This document shows, in pieces, positions 52,601 to 64,000 of a DNA stretch of 64,000 nt. Below the pieces are notes generated by a model. It worked only from the letters and a program-made list of their open reading frames with translations, was not told the origin of the DNA and searched no databases. The stretch comes from Lama glama (lineage: Eukaryota): assembly GCA_028534125.1 (NCBI GenBank), contig CM052817.1, positions 39,930,001 through 39,994,000 on the forward strand, in the 5' to 3' direction. A program made the translations under genes and the position numbers. The stretch's first letter is position 1, and the number at the start of each line of letters is the position of its first letter.

Positions 52601-55600
52601 TGCTTGTGTTTGAACAAAAGTTTAGTAATTGGGAACTTCTAGCAACAAATACAAACCTATTTGTAATATATCCACACCGGGTTTTCCGGACGTTAAGATT
52701 CTACAGCTCCGTTCAAGTTACTCTGCTGATTTCACAAGCCTTTTGTCTTCTTGCTTCATAGGGCAAGATTACCTAAAGTTAAATGCCTAACAGAAGTAGG
52801 AAGGGTTTCAGTATTTATATTTCCTTTCTTTAGAAACCTGGAAACTATTTCCAACCAACAGTTCTGCCACTTGTCGTATTTAAACCATTGTTGAAATGGC
52901 AGCAACATTCTAATCGCAGCAATGTACAGTTAATCTGGGGCTTTCTCACATTCCTCACTCTATTTTGCTTCTTAAAGCATTCAGCATCGTTGATCTGCTT
53001 CTTCTGTGAAAAAGGTTTCTACTACTTTGACTCCCGCAGTGATTTTCTGTTTTTCTTCCACCTTCTCTGACTCTACCCCTCCTGCTGTCTTTGCTTACTT
53101 GGTTTCCTCCTATATTCATTCAAGGAATATTTCTGGAGGGACTGCAATATGCCAGACACTGTGCTCCCAACAGGGAGCAGAACAGATGTGGAGCCCCTGA
53201 AAGCAGAGGGACAGGTGTGGGCTAAACCAGTAAAAAGGGTGGATTTGCAAGGACAGCCTGTGATGGGGGTACTGGGCCACGGGGAGCTCAGGGAAGGCCA
53301 CTGGGGCTGAGATCTGAAGAGCAGGTAGGCACCTGTGGATGAGGTGAAGAGGTGAGGCCACAGCCCCAATGTTTCCATCTTGATCAGCATCCTTGATTTG
53401 CATAGTGTTTGCTGGTTTAGAACCACTTCCACACACATCACGTCATGCTGATGCTCTGTGGAGGGGAGGGCAGGCATCAGTATCCCTTCATGTATTGAGG
53501 GCACAAGGTTCAGAGCCATTAAATGATGTACTCAGACTCACGTGGTCAGTAAGCAGCACTACTAGATTGATCCCAGGTCTCCAACCCTAAGTTTTGAGAA
53601 CCCCATTTTCTCTTCCTTGGTGACTCTCTCACTCACTCACGTATGACCTCAACAGAAGACCCACTTCTCTTCAGATGCATGTTTCACATTAGCAGCTGGA
53701 TAGTTTCACATGGCATCCCAATTATGTCACTTAATGAAATATCAGAAACCATTAGTCTTCCACAGAAAAACAGTTTTGCTCTTAAAGTTTCTTACATTCG
53801 TTCTAATAATTTTGTTCTCCCAGAATCTTGAATTCATTCTCTCCTTCTTTGCCTTGGCTTCTGGTGAGCCACCCAGTCCACTGAGGGTCCCGTCACAAAA
53901 ACTTGTACATCTGTTTTTCCAATTTCATCTCCATTTCCATCCCCTCTCCTTATGTCAGTGTTTCATCACACTTGTCAGGCAAAAAATGTCTCTTGTTCCT
54001 TCTGTGTGTAAAATACCATCTTGCCCTCAAGAAGTTTACAACCCAAACTGAAGATCAGACATACCCACAACCATCCAGAGAGCAGGATATCACGAACATG
54101 CAAAGTGCTGTGTCGTTAGATCACACATGTCAGGAACTTTTCTAGGCACGAGAATAAAAAGAAGAAGACATGTTTTCTGTGTTTGAGGGGCCTTACAGTT
54201 GAGGAGGGAGGGAAGGACCAGAGCATAAGCTCCACGAGAGTGAGGACTTTTGTCCGCTTTGGTTCACTGCTGTACCCCCAACCTTTAGAATAGTGCTGGG
54301 CACACAGCAGGGTCTTGGTAAATATTTGCTGAAGGAATCAGTGGATGAGCATATCAGTAACAGCCCTCTGGCTTCACTTGGTTGTTTTCAAAGGTCCCGC
54401 CCTAGAACGCAAGCACGAATTGAGACTGGACTGGGTATTAGTTTACAAGGCAGATATGTACTCAGAATTTTCCCTCTGCTCCCACACTGATCAACTGTTC
54501 TTGACCCCAACATATGACCCTTGGTTCTTGTTTCCTTTGGGATGAGTTATTTCATAGGGTGCTGCTTAAGTCCTCATAATGATATGAGGGCTCACTCCAT
54601 CAGTCTTCCTGAGTAAACATCCACTGCACCCAGCTGGCTAGAATCCTAAAATACCATTCCTGGTCCACACCCCCAACACCTTCAGGTCACCTGAACTCAC
54701 CACCTCGACAAACCTCGTTAATATGTTGATGGATCTCATTGTATATTCATACATCTAGTCTAATTTTAACTAAAGGGGGCCATATCACACATGTTCTTAT
54801 CATGGATCCCTTTTTCGCTCCTTTCTCCTTTTCTCCCTTTGTAGCCACGTCCTGCCCTCCACCTCCACCCCAGGTAAATCATGCTGACGACCTCATGTGT
54901 CTCTCCATATCTCTCTATTTCTCACACAATTCTATGCAGATTTACATATTCATACACATGGATGGCTTTTTGTCACAACTTTACAAAAATGAAGTCGTAT
55001 CTACTTTTTGCATCTGGCTCTTCCCGCTCAAGAGTACATGGTGAAAATCTCAGCAAGTCATCAGTTAAAACTCCTACTTCATTCTTCTTAAAGGCCACAT
55101 ACAGTGTGGACACATCAGTTTGTGCATCCGTTCTCCTTTGATGGTCATCCACTTTGCTTCTAGCTCTTAGCCACCATGGACAATGCTATAAAAACATCTT
55201 TGCATGTCTGTTTGTACCACTAGGATAGAGTCCTAGGAAAGGAACTATTGAGTCAGTAGAGATATGTATTTTATTTTTCAGAGAAGTTTCACTTAATTAA
55301 CCAGAAAATCCATAGCATTTATTATGTGAAAGCATTTCATGAATATTAACTCATTTTTTGATGCCTTCCAAAAAACTATAACACTTCCCATTTCCACCAG
55401 TAGGAAGCCCTGCCCATATTCTACTTCACATTGCTGGTTTTATATAAATACATAGTTTATTAGTTTATCCAAAACTTTTGGAATTATTTTCAGTAGATTT
55501 TGACTTATTCATCTTTCCTACTATTTTATCATTTCTGGTTTTTTTTTCTGTCATTAATTTCAACTTTTGCCTTTACTGAGCTCAATTTCCTGATTTCTTT

Positions 55601-57977
55601 TTCTAAATTAAATAAATATTTAGCTTCTTTTTTTGTTTGGTTTTACTTTTAAATTGCAAAGGCATTTTTAGAGCTCTAAATATTCCTCTTTGGCACCGTT
55701 TTCTCAATACAAGTGTAAATCTGTACATTTCAATAGAAGTGATTCCCTTTTCATTGGTTTCTAGAGACTAATGAGTTCCTTTTTATTTCCACTTTGATCC
55801 AAGACTTATCAAGGAGTTTTTTCCTTAATTTCTAACTACTTACAATTTTAGGTCACCTTTTATCATGTATCTATAATTTTACATTTTTATGAAAAAAATT
55901 TTCTTTATTTTTAGGATGGGAGAGGTCCTTATATGTACTATATCAAGTTGTTTGATTATATTATTGAGTTCATCTGAATAATGTTTTGACTAGTATTACA
56001 TTGTATTATTTTGGTGGTCTGAATTATTTTTTTTCCAGTTTTATTGAGATGTAATGAAATAGAGCACTGTATAAATTTAAGGTATGTAGCATAATGAATA
56101 GGGTTTTTTTTGACTATTACTTCTGGCTAATTGTGAGAGAGCAATTTTGAAATCTCTCATTATAATTGTGTGTTTATAAGGTTTTCCTTGCTTATGCGTG
56201 TTTAGCTGCTAAGTCCTTTGATGTCTATTTTATGACTGTTATATCCCCTTTATTATTTGTCTTTTATTATTACTATATAAAGATGTTCTTTAGACTGTAA
56301 GTGCTTTTAGACTGCAGTTTCACCGCGTCTGATATTAATGTTACTACCCCTGCTTTCATTTGTTTTTCATTTGCCCAGTATTTCTCTGCCTATTATTTTA
56401 TTAACACCCTTTTAATATCACCTTGTTTCAAGTATAACTCAATAGGTCCAATGAGCCACATCTTCACATTAATGCTTTTCTAGCACTTTGAACTCTGGCC
56501 TTCTAACACCAAGCTCATCGTCTTCTCCCTAAAACCCTTTTCTCTTCTTTATTTTCTATCTCAGTTGTGATGGAAAGCTCTTGTTTTGCTGTTTGTTCTG
56601 AAGAGAGTATCCAAGAGCCATTTGCTGTCCATCTCTCCCTCCGCACCCTCCCCAGCCCAGGAGCTCTAGGTGGCATCTCCCCATGCCCACTTCAGGACAG
56701 GCACATGACTGCAGCCTAGGTGACTGGACATCACCTCATTCTAGCCTTAGGAACCCAGACAGAGTGAATGCACTGAGTTGGATCCAAAAAGATGGTGGCT
56801 GTCTTTCAGAACAGGCACTTCAGAGCACAGACCTTGAAACCAGACCACCTGGGCCCAAATCCTGGCACTGCCTCTTATTTGTAACTTTGGGCTAATACTT
56901 AATCTGCCTCAATTTTCCTGTCTTCCTCATTCTTGTGAAAATTACAAGTTTCAGTATATGCAGAAGGTTATGTACGCAGTAAGCCTGTGATGCAGGAAGC
57001 AAGTATGGGTGCTAACTATCGTTGTGATGTGCCTATTTGTTATACAGGCTCTGAGAGGACAAGCCTGGAGCTGTCAGCAGTCCCTGCACCGTTACAGGGC
57101 ACGCGAAGTCTGAGAGGGAATGAAGTCCACACCGAGGAGAGGGGAGTCAGGAGGACAGGCCTGGGCCCTGATCACAGAGAGGCCCTGGAACAAGTTGGCA
57201 CTAAAGCCAGTTGTGTGCCCAGGATTCTTCAGAGATGAGGCAATAAATCCCTTTTTTTTTTTGCTTAATATTCTATGACTTGAGTCAGAAAAAGCCTTAA
57301 GTGACACAACTGTCAAGCAGTGTTGCAGGCTAGTACTCAAGAACCGTTGCAGTTTTTCTCTCTCCCTCACTGTCCGTATCCCACGTGGACAGCCTGCATG
57401 TTCTACTTCTTCTGTTTCTTTTCATTTTTTTCTACTTTCCTAATTCAGGGAAGAAGAAAGAAAAGCAGTATTTTCTGAATACTGATCGTGTGCTTATGTG
57501 CTGGGACGTGTTCATGTTTTAATCCTGACGGTTACCCTCTGAGAAATTTGAAGCACAGAAATGGTGGCTACCTAGTCCAAGGTCACACCGTGAGCCAGTG
57601 GTGATTCCAGCTCCAGAGGCCACACTCAGCACCACTCTGCTCTATTGTCTTGATAAACATTTACTAAATGGCTAATCCCAGGGACAATGTCAACAGAACT
57701 TGCTACATGACACAGGCCAGTGGCTACTTTGCCCTTTTTGAACATGGCAATGACCCTCTGAAGCAGTCTGGTCAATGGCAGGAGTCACACACACCCAGCC
57801 TGATCAGTATTCTCAGGGAATTGGTCATCAACCACTAAGTCTACCCATTCTCAGCCCCAAAGCTACAGAGCCTGTTTGCAAAGCAAAGAGCAGCACCAGC
57901 TGGGTGGTGTGGCCGTGCCACAGCTCTCAGTCATAAAAAGCCAGACAGACGGCCTGGTGACTTTCCCAGCTCGAATT

Positions 57978-58012
57978 CACACACGCACGCACGCACGCAC
58001 GCACGCACGCAC
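57978..58012. repeat. (CA)n(ACGC)n microsatellite
   Basis: Directly visible. Confidence 0.92.
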
Positions 58013-61000
58013 TCACCCCAGGGCACGGGTCTGTCTCCTCCAAAGCGTAGCTCTTGGGGAATGGCGCCATCAAACTCTTTCCGCCACCACTCCTGGATTC
58101 CTGGGCCCCTCGCAGTGTGCAGGAGAATGCTGAGTGCTTCTCTTCCAGGTGCCTCCTTTCAGTTCCTCGGGTCTGCTGAGCTCACACTGGGACTTGTGCC
58201 CTCTCCCTGGACGCCCCTCCCGCCCGTCCACACAGCCAGCACCTGCTCTTGCCCACGTGTCTGCTTCGGGGAGGCCTCTCCTGCCCACCCCCTCATTCAG
58301 ACCCTCAGCCCCTTGAGGACTTTCTTCCCAGCCCTTAGAACAACGTGCAGCTGTTTCTTTCACTCGTGTGTTGCCTGGGCTGTGTTTGTGTTGCATGCGT
58401 TTTCCTTTTGTCTTTCTCCTTTATTAGAATGAAACCGAACAGGCAGCTTGAGAGCGGGAGGAAACCTGTTGTTGCCATTGTACCCTAGCACTGCACACGG
58501 GCCAGATGTACAGGTACTCAATTCGTATCTATGTTTGTTGAGTGAATGAATAAAAGAACCAAGGACTAGAACACAGGACCCGGCGGGGGGGTGCTGATTT
58601 CACCCCAATCGCAGGTGACTTCATGGGCCCCTTTTAAAATGCTTGATCGGTATAAATGGGCAGAATGGGTAAAGTCCCCGAACATTGGATCCTTCTCCAT
58701 TAGATAGAATCAATCAATCCCTGGTTCTATTCCTATTCTTGTGTGACTGGCTTAGATCACAACTCTAAAGACATTTCAGCGTGATCCCATAGCTCCCTGA
58801 ATCTCTCTTGTGCCTTCATCTGACTTGGCTCCAGCTTTTAAAGTCACGCTAATGACAAAGGTCTCCGCCTCTCATTCAGAGGGCTCAGCCTCCAGCTGGG
58901 GAGAGAGGCAGATGAGGCTCCTACTGAGGAAGTGAGGGGGACACAGGCGACACTGGAAGAACCTGAAAAACGGAGCTTCGTCCTGAGGAAGAGCAGGGAT
59001 GACAGGGGAGGGGGAAACACACCCTCCTGCATCTCCTCCATGTATCCGGGCACTCCCATAGTATCTCATTAATCCACACCACATTGCTGTGATATGGAGG
59101 CTTCACCACTGTTTTGTGTTTGAGAGTCATAGTGGGGAAAGGGGGGCTTTGTGTCAGAGAGACCTGGGTTCAAATTTCACCCTTCCAAATTATTCATTGT
59201 AGAGCCCTTGGGCAAGCTACTTAACTTCTCTGGGCTCAGTCTCCTTATCTTTGCTATGAAGATAATAACAAAGAGGGTTGTTAAGAATATCAGATGGTAA
59301 AGATATATATTGACACACTGGTTGAAATGATTTTGTGCTCAGCACACACTAGGTACTCAGTAAGTCACAGCCTTTTTTTATTATGAGATTTGCCCAAGAT
59401 CCGCTAGAACTTGATGGCCTCTTGCCTCGTAAGATCCTAAGGATATTTTCTATACAGCCCATAGGCTTGTCTCACTTCCCAGGATGTGAGCCCTTCCGGG
59501 TCGGGAATGATGTCACCTCCCTCTTTGGTTTAGTGGCCTCGCTATGCAGGCCTAACTCACACCCCAGTCTCCTGAAATAAGATAGCACTGATCGTGCAGA
59601 CATTTGGTTTTCTACTCAAAGGTATGTGCGAATGTTCGCAGACAAGGCAAATGCCCCTCTGAAATAAATGAGCACCCAGGTACCCCTCTTTTCCCCTTTC
59701 ACCTCCAGGAGCAACTCCCTTTGTGCACACACCTTACCTAGGGTAAAACCGTTCTAGTGAAGTGACTCATTTGCGTTTTCTGTTCAAATCTCATGACAGA
59801 AAATACGACTTGCCAGAGTCACACTGAGAGGAAGGAAGGGCATTTTAACCTCTGCTAAACTAACAGATTTTCAGTCAGCAACCGGAAACAATTGAGGTTT
59901 TTATTTACAATATTGTGCATCTTATGAGCCTATCTAATGACTCATGAGGTGATTCATTCCCTCTCTCATCCCTCTGCCCAGTTCCTAAGATCTGCCCATT
60001 CGTCTTAAGATTTCCTGCTAAAGCCATCCTTTGCTTTCCATCTCTGTTCAGGCCCCTGCCTCCTCCTTCTCTTTGTGAAATTGCCCCTCCAGTGGGTTCT
60101 CTGACGACAGTCATGCCTTCTAGAACCCCACACTGGCACCAGACAGGTAGCTCCACATCCCACGCCACCCACCACCCTTCAATACCTTCCCTTGTCTCCA
60201 CCACTCAGCTCTTGAGCTTGAACAGAAGTCTCAACAACCTGACGAGAAGGAAGGATGAATAAATCGTTCGCCTTTTAGAGACCTAAGACCAGTTGCCCAG
60301 TTCTTACTTTTAAACGTGTTTCAAGATCCTTAAATGCCTTAGGAAGTAAATGAATTATAGAAATCCTAAATAAATAAGCAAGCTTTGCGCTTTCATAAAA
60401 TATTTTGTTGCCCAATCATAAATCAGTCTTGCTGTCTAAGGGAGCAGCGTTGTCAGCCAAATATCACATAAAATAAATGGAATGAGATACAATGAGGTGC
60501 TCACTTTCTTAAAAGGAAAGCATGGATCCCCAGGCAGTAGAGACAACCTTGGCACAGTTCCTCTTTCCCAGATCTGCCTCCTAAGTTACCACACCCCTAA
60601 TCCCACCCCTGCTAATTACACCCTGGGCTACGGCAACAAAACAGTCCTGTTCCAGAGGCTCCACCTGGTTGATCTGGGCTGCTGTCCTCTGTAGATAACC
60701 TGAGTGTGGTAAGTTACTTTTGCAGTAATTTCCATGTAGCAAACCTCTTGTCTTTCTCTTTCATCTTCTTTCAAAAGAAGAAAAATTATTTTAAAAATTA
60801 TAAATTATGGAGCCAGTAAAATTTTACCATGTATCAGGATAAGGCAGAATTGAATGGTAGGTATGAATCATTTGCCCAGGTGAATTTTTGTTAAAACCCG
60901 CATGTCTGCAACATGTAATTGTCTTTTAAATTAAATCTGACAGTGGTGATTCTTAAGAGCCTGTGTATATCATGACTTTCTTTAAAATGTGCTACTCGTA

Positions 61001-63787
61001 AGAGGAAAAACATTCTTAATCATGAAAGAAGAAATAATTGTATCATCATTAAGACTGTTGTGTATAAACAGAATAGTCTAAATTCCTTCTAGAATCTGTC
61101 TTATTTTGTAATTGGTTTCAAACCACCTGCAATTTGCTGTTGAATTACTTTTGCCAGTGGTTGGGACACAATGTCTGCTTCAGTCATTTTGATGTGTATT
61201 ACTATTTTATTGTCTGAAGTTCATTCTAAATGTCTCTGTTTCTATATAACAAAAACAATTTTTTGAGATCATCACAATCTGGCCTCTCGTTACCTTTCCT
61301 GATTTGTATCCTTGCTATTATTGTCACTATTACCAAGGCAGGTCTCTGTATTTTCACTGTTGAGGGGGGGAAAAAAAGCGTCTCACTTGCATGATTTAAA
61401 GAAATGAGAAAAAAAGAAGCTTTTTTTCCTCCATCTTACTTCCAGATCCCTAAAGGCAAATATATTTCTTAAAGATGGTTGATAAAAGGCAGAGGGTTTC
61501 AGGAGGTGGCATTTCTGTTATATAGATAGATATCTAACGTAGAGATTTTGAAATTGTGCATAGGAGACCTGCAGTTTCTATATTCATACACTTGTTCACT
61601 CATTCATTTTTTTAAAAATACTCATTGAGCATCTACTGTGCTCCAGGCACTGTTTTAGGATAAAAAGGTGAATGGCCAGCACCTGTGGAGCTCAGACTCC
61701 AGTAGAGGCAAGAGACCTGAAAACAGCTGATCTTAAGATACAACCAGGACCAGATAGGCATCTTGAGAGGTCTCAGACACTTCAAAAAATGTGTGGTATG
61801 CTGCCCATCCACACCACTCCCTATGTAAAGAAGTCCAATATAATTGTGGTTATTTTCCTCAAAAATTACTTTTATTTGAAGAAGAGGGCTAAATACTTTC
61901 CCCAGGCTTTCCCTCTTTTATTTCACTTTGTTGCTCTAAGTTTATTGGTGCCCTGAGGTTACGCTTAGTTTTACCTCTTGGCAGGTAATCAACTCTAAGA
62001 ATAACCCTAACAGCACTTGAACACCTTAGCAAAATGCAGAGGAAACTGGGAGGACTGAGCGGGCATCCATGGTCAGCCAATAGTTTTATTGAGAAATTGG
62101 CACCTGACACCACTTTGAAACTCAGTTGGGTTTTATGGAGGGAGGGAGGGAAGATGGAGACAAATGCACGTGAATTTAATGGCTGCCCATCTTAGTGCAC
62201 AGATCGTGTTCTGTAAGAGTACACCTGGGAGAAAACATACTATATAATGTTTATACAATATATAATGCATATTATACATTATATATCAAGTGTTTGTCTA
62301 GGCTGCTGCCTTTCTCCTGAATTAAACTTGTCAATATTTAAGTGCTTCATGGCCACCAGGTAACTGTATTGTCACCAAAGTTTTGAGATCCATTTATATT
62401 GACTAGAGCATTCACAAATGGTTTTGTAATCTTCTTAAAAAGTATTGGATGGGACTTGCCCAAGTTATAGATTATAGACACCACTCAGATTCGATTTAAT
62501 AGCTAAAAACCAGCACTGTCTTAACCCTCTTTACTTCCATCACCAGTGCAAGTTGTTGGTGTTGGGTGGCGGTAGGGGGCTCTTCCCCCGACCCCTCTCC
62601 GTTAAAACAAAATCTAAAATCATTTAACAAAGTTGACTGTTTGCCAAAAAGTCTTTTCTTTTAAGTCAACCAAGTCCCTTCACAATGTTTGTGCCAAAGT
62701 AGATACATCTGTTAGCTGCCTTGACTTACCAGGTAAGTGATCTTCAACCCACATGATTCAAAAGACAGATAATTCCAGTTCAAATGTGACTCACAGCAAG
62801 ATTTAAAATACAGTTCTGTGCTTCATAGGTCTCTGGTTCTTTTAGCTAAGACATTAAATCTGAGACATTCACAGGATTGCTATACTACAATGACCAGATA
62901 TCAGACATGCCAAACATGGGTGAAGCCAAGCCCTCTGCAAGTCCAGGATCTGGTGATGCCCTCTTCCCCTCTTGGGATTCCCCCCTGTTGAGCTCCTATT
63001 GGAGATAGAACTCCAAGAAAGATGTGAAGAGAGAAACAAATAGAACAAAGGCAAGATGTGAGTCTGGGAAAATAAATAATTGCCTAAGAGAGGAGTCTGA
63101 TTTAGTTGAGGGCTTTCATGATATCTGCATATGAGTTGAGACTGCAAAGGTAACTCAAAATTCACTCACTCAACCAGTAGTTTTTCAACCTATGATTCTG
63201 CAGACAGAAGTAAATTGTGGGATGAGCTGGAAGAACTCAGATTAAATTGTTTCTTAGACATTTTATGCTCCTTTATACCAACTCAAGAGTCATGGTAGAA
63301 GTCTTAACTAATTAGATAATAATTCTGAGACAGAGCACAATGATTGGATCTCACTTCTAAGAGAGATGAATGCTTGCTCCCCAGGTACAACAGAAAGGGA
63401 AGCACCCTTCTCTTCACTGTAGGAGGAATTGTTTTATTGCCACATTTGGGAGTATTCTCATTAAAACATGGTCCTGCACACAAATTTTTTTTCATTAAAT
63501 GGAAGGACATACATCACAAATGTCAATGGTGGTTAGCTTTGTATGGCAGATTTAATAGAGATTTTTTTTCTTTTGATTATGTGTGTGTGTGTGATTTTTA
63601 GACTGGTCTTCTTTGATCATGTTATTTGAGCTAAATTTTTTAAGTTACACATGTTGGGGGTAAAAACTAAGTGGTAGAGGAAATATGAAGTTAGAAGGGA
63701 AATGTGTGTTTTATTTTTGTGTTTAAGAGACTTAAGCTCCACTACTTCAATACTCAAGTCATCATTTTGGATAGACTTCCTTTAATA

Positions 63788-63950
63788 CAGTGATTCTCAA
63801 ACTTCCCTGAACCATGGAATCACCTGGGAAGCATTAAAAATCTGAATTCCAAGGCCACTAACCCCCTTTATTTACCCCAACCAATGGGTCAGAATCAAAA
63901 TAGAGTCAAGTGGTTGGTATTTTTAAAAAGTCAACTCATTATTATTAAGG
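63788..63950. mobile_element. MER5-like DNA transposon relic
   Basis: 'cagtgattctcaaactt...gaatcacctgggaagcattaaaaa'. Confidence 0.55.
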
Positions 63951-64000
63951 TTCCATACTGCAATTTTTTTTTAACCTCTATAGCATTGACCAGGAAGTTA

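Noticed and set aside
52741..52790. Good-looking acceptor (ttttgtcttcttgcttcatag) as a replacement COQ2 last exon
   Set aside because: In the required phase it encodes only GKIT*, with no similarity to the COQ2 C-terminus.
53073..53519. 148-aa minus-strand ORF and other 60-130 aa ORFs in the distal region
   Set aside because: No recognisable domain or exon structure; they overlap L2/MIR-like relics and many start at non-ATG codons.
62241..62286. AT-rich inverted repeat (tatataatgt...acattatata)
   Set aside because: Low-complexity TA-rich sequence; self-complementarity is expected by chance.

Overview
Mammalian genomic DNA, most likely a camelid: it carries a tRNA-Ala-like Vic-1-type SINE and cetartiodactyl-style L1 tails, and I saw no Alu, Bov-A or PRE SINEs. 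The + strand holds the last six coding exons of heparanase (HPSE, 1..9654) and its 3' UTR, then a retroelement-rich spacer of about 11 kb, then a CpG-island promoter and exons 1-6 of COQ2 (4-hydroxybenzoate polyprenyltransferase, 21979..43023). This is the HPSE-COQ2 order known from human 4q21. All exons splice in frame with GT-AG sites. I could not find the terminal COQ2 exon 7 anywhere in the 21 kb after exon 6. Instead there is a young L1 interrupted by a 500-N gap, and its two ends share no target-site duplication. The most likely explanation is an assembly collapse between two L1 copies; a real deletion is less likely. The rest is non-coding DNA with L1, L2, MIR, LTR and DNA-transposon relics. 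Repeat family names come from recalled consensus sequences and their boundaries are approximate. I found no convincing novel biological system; the findings are local oddities.
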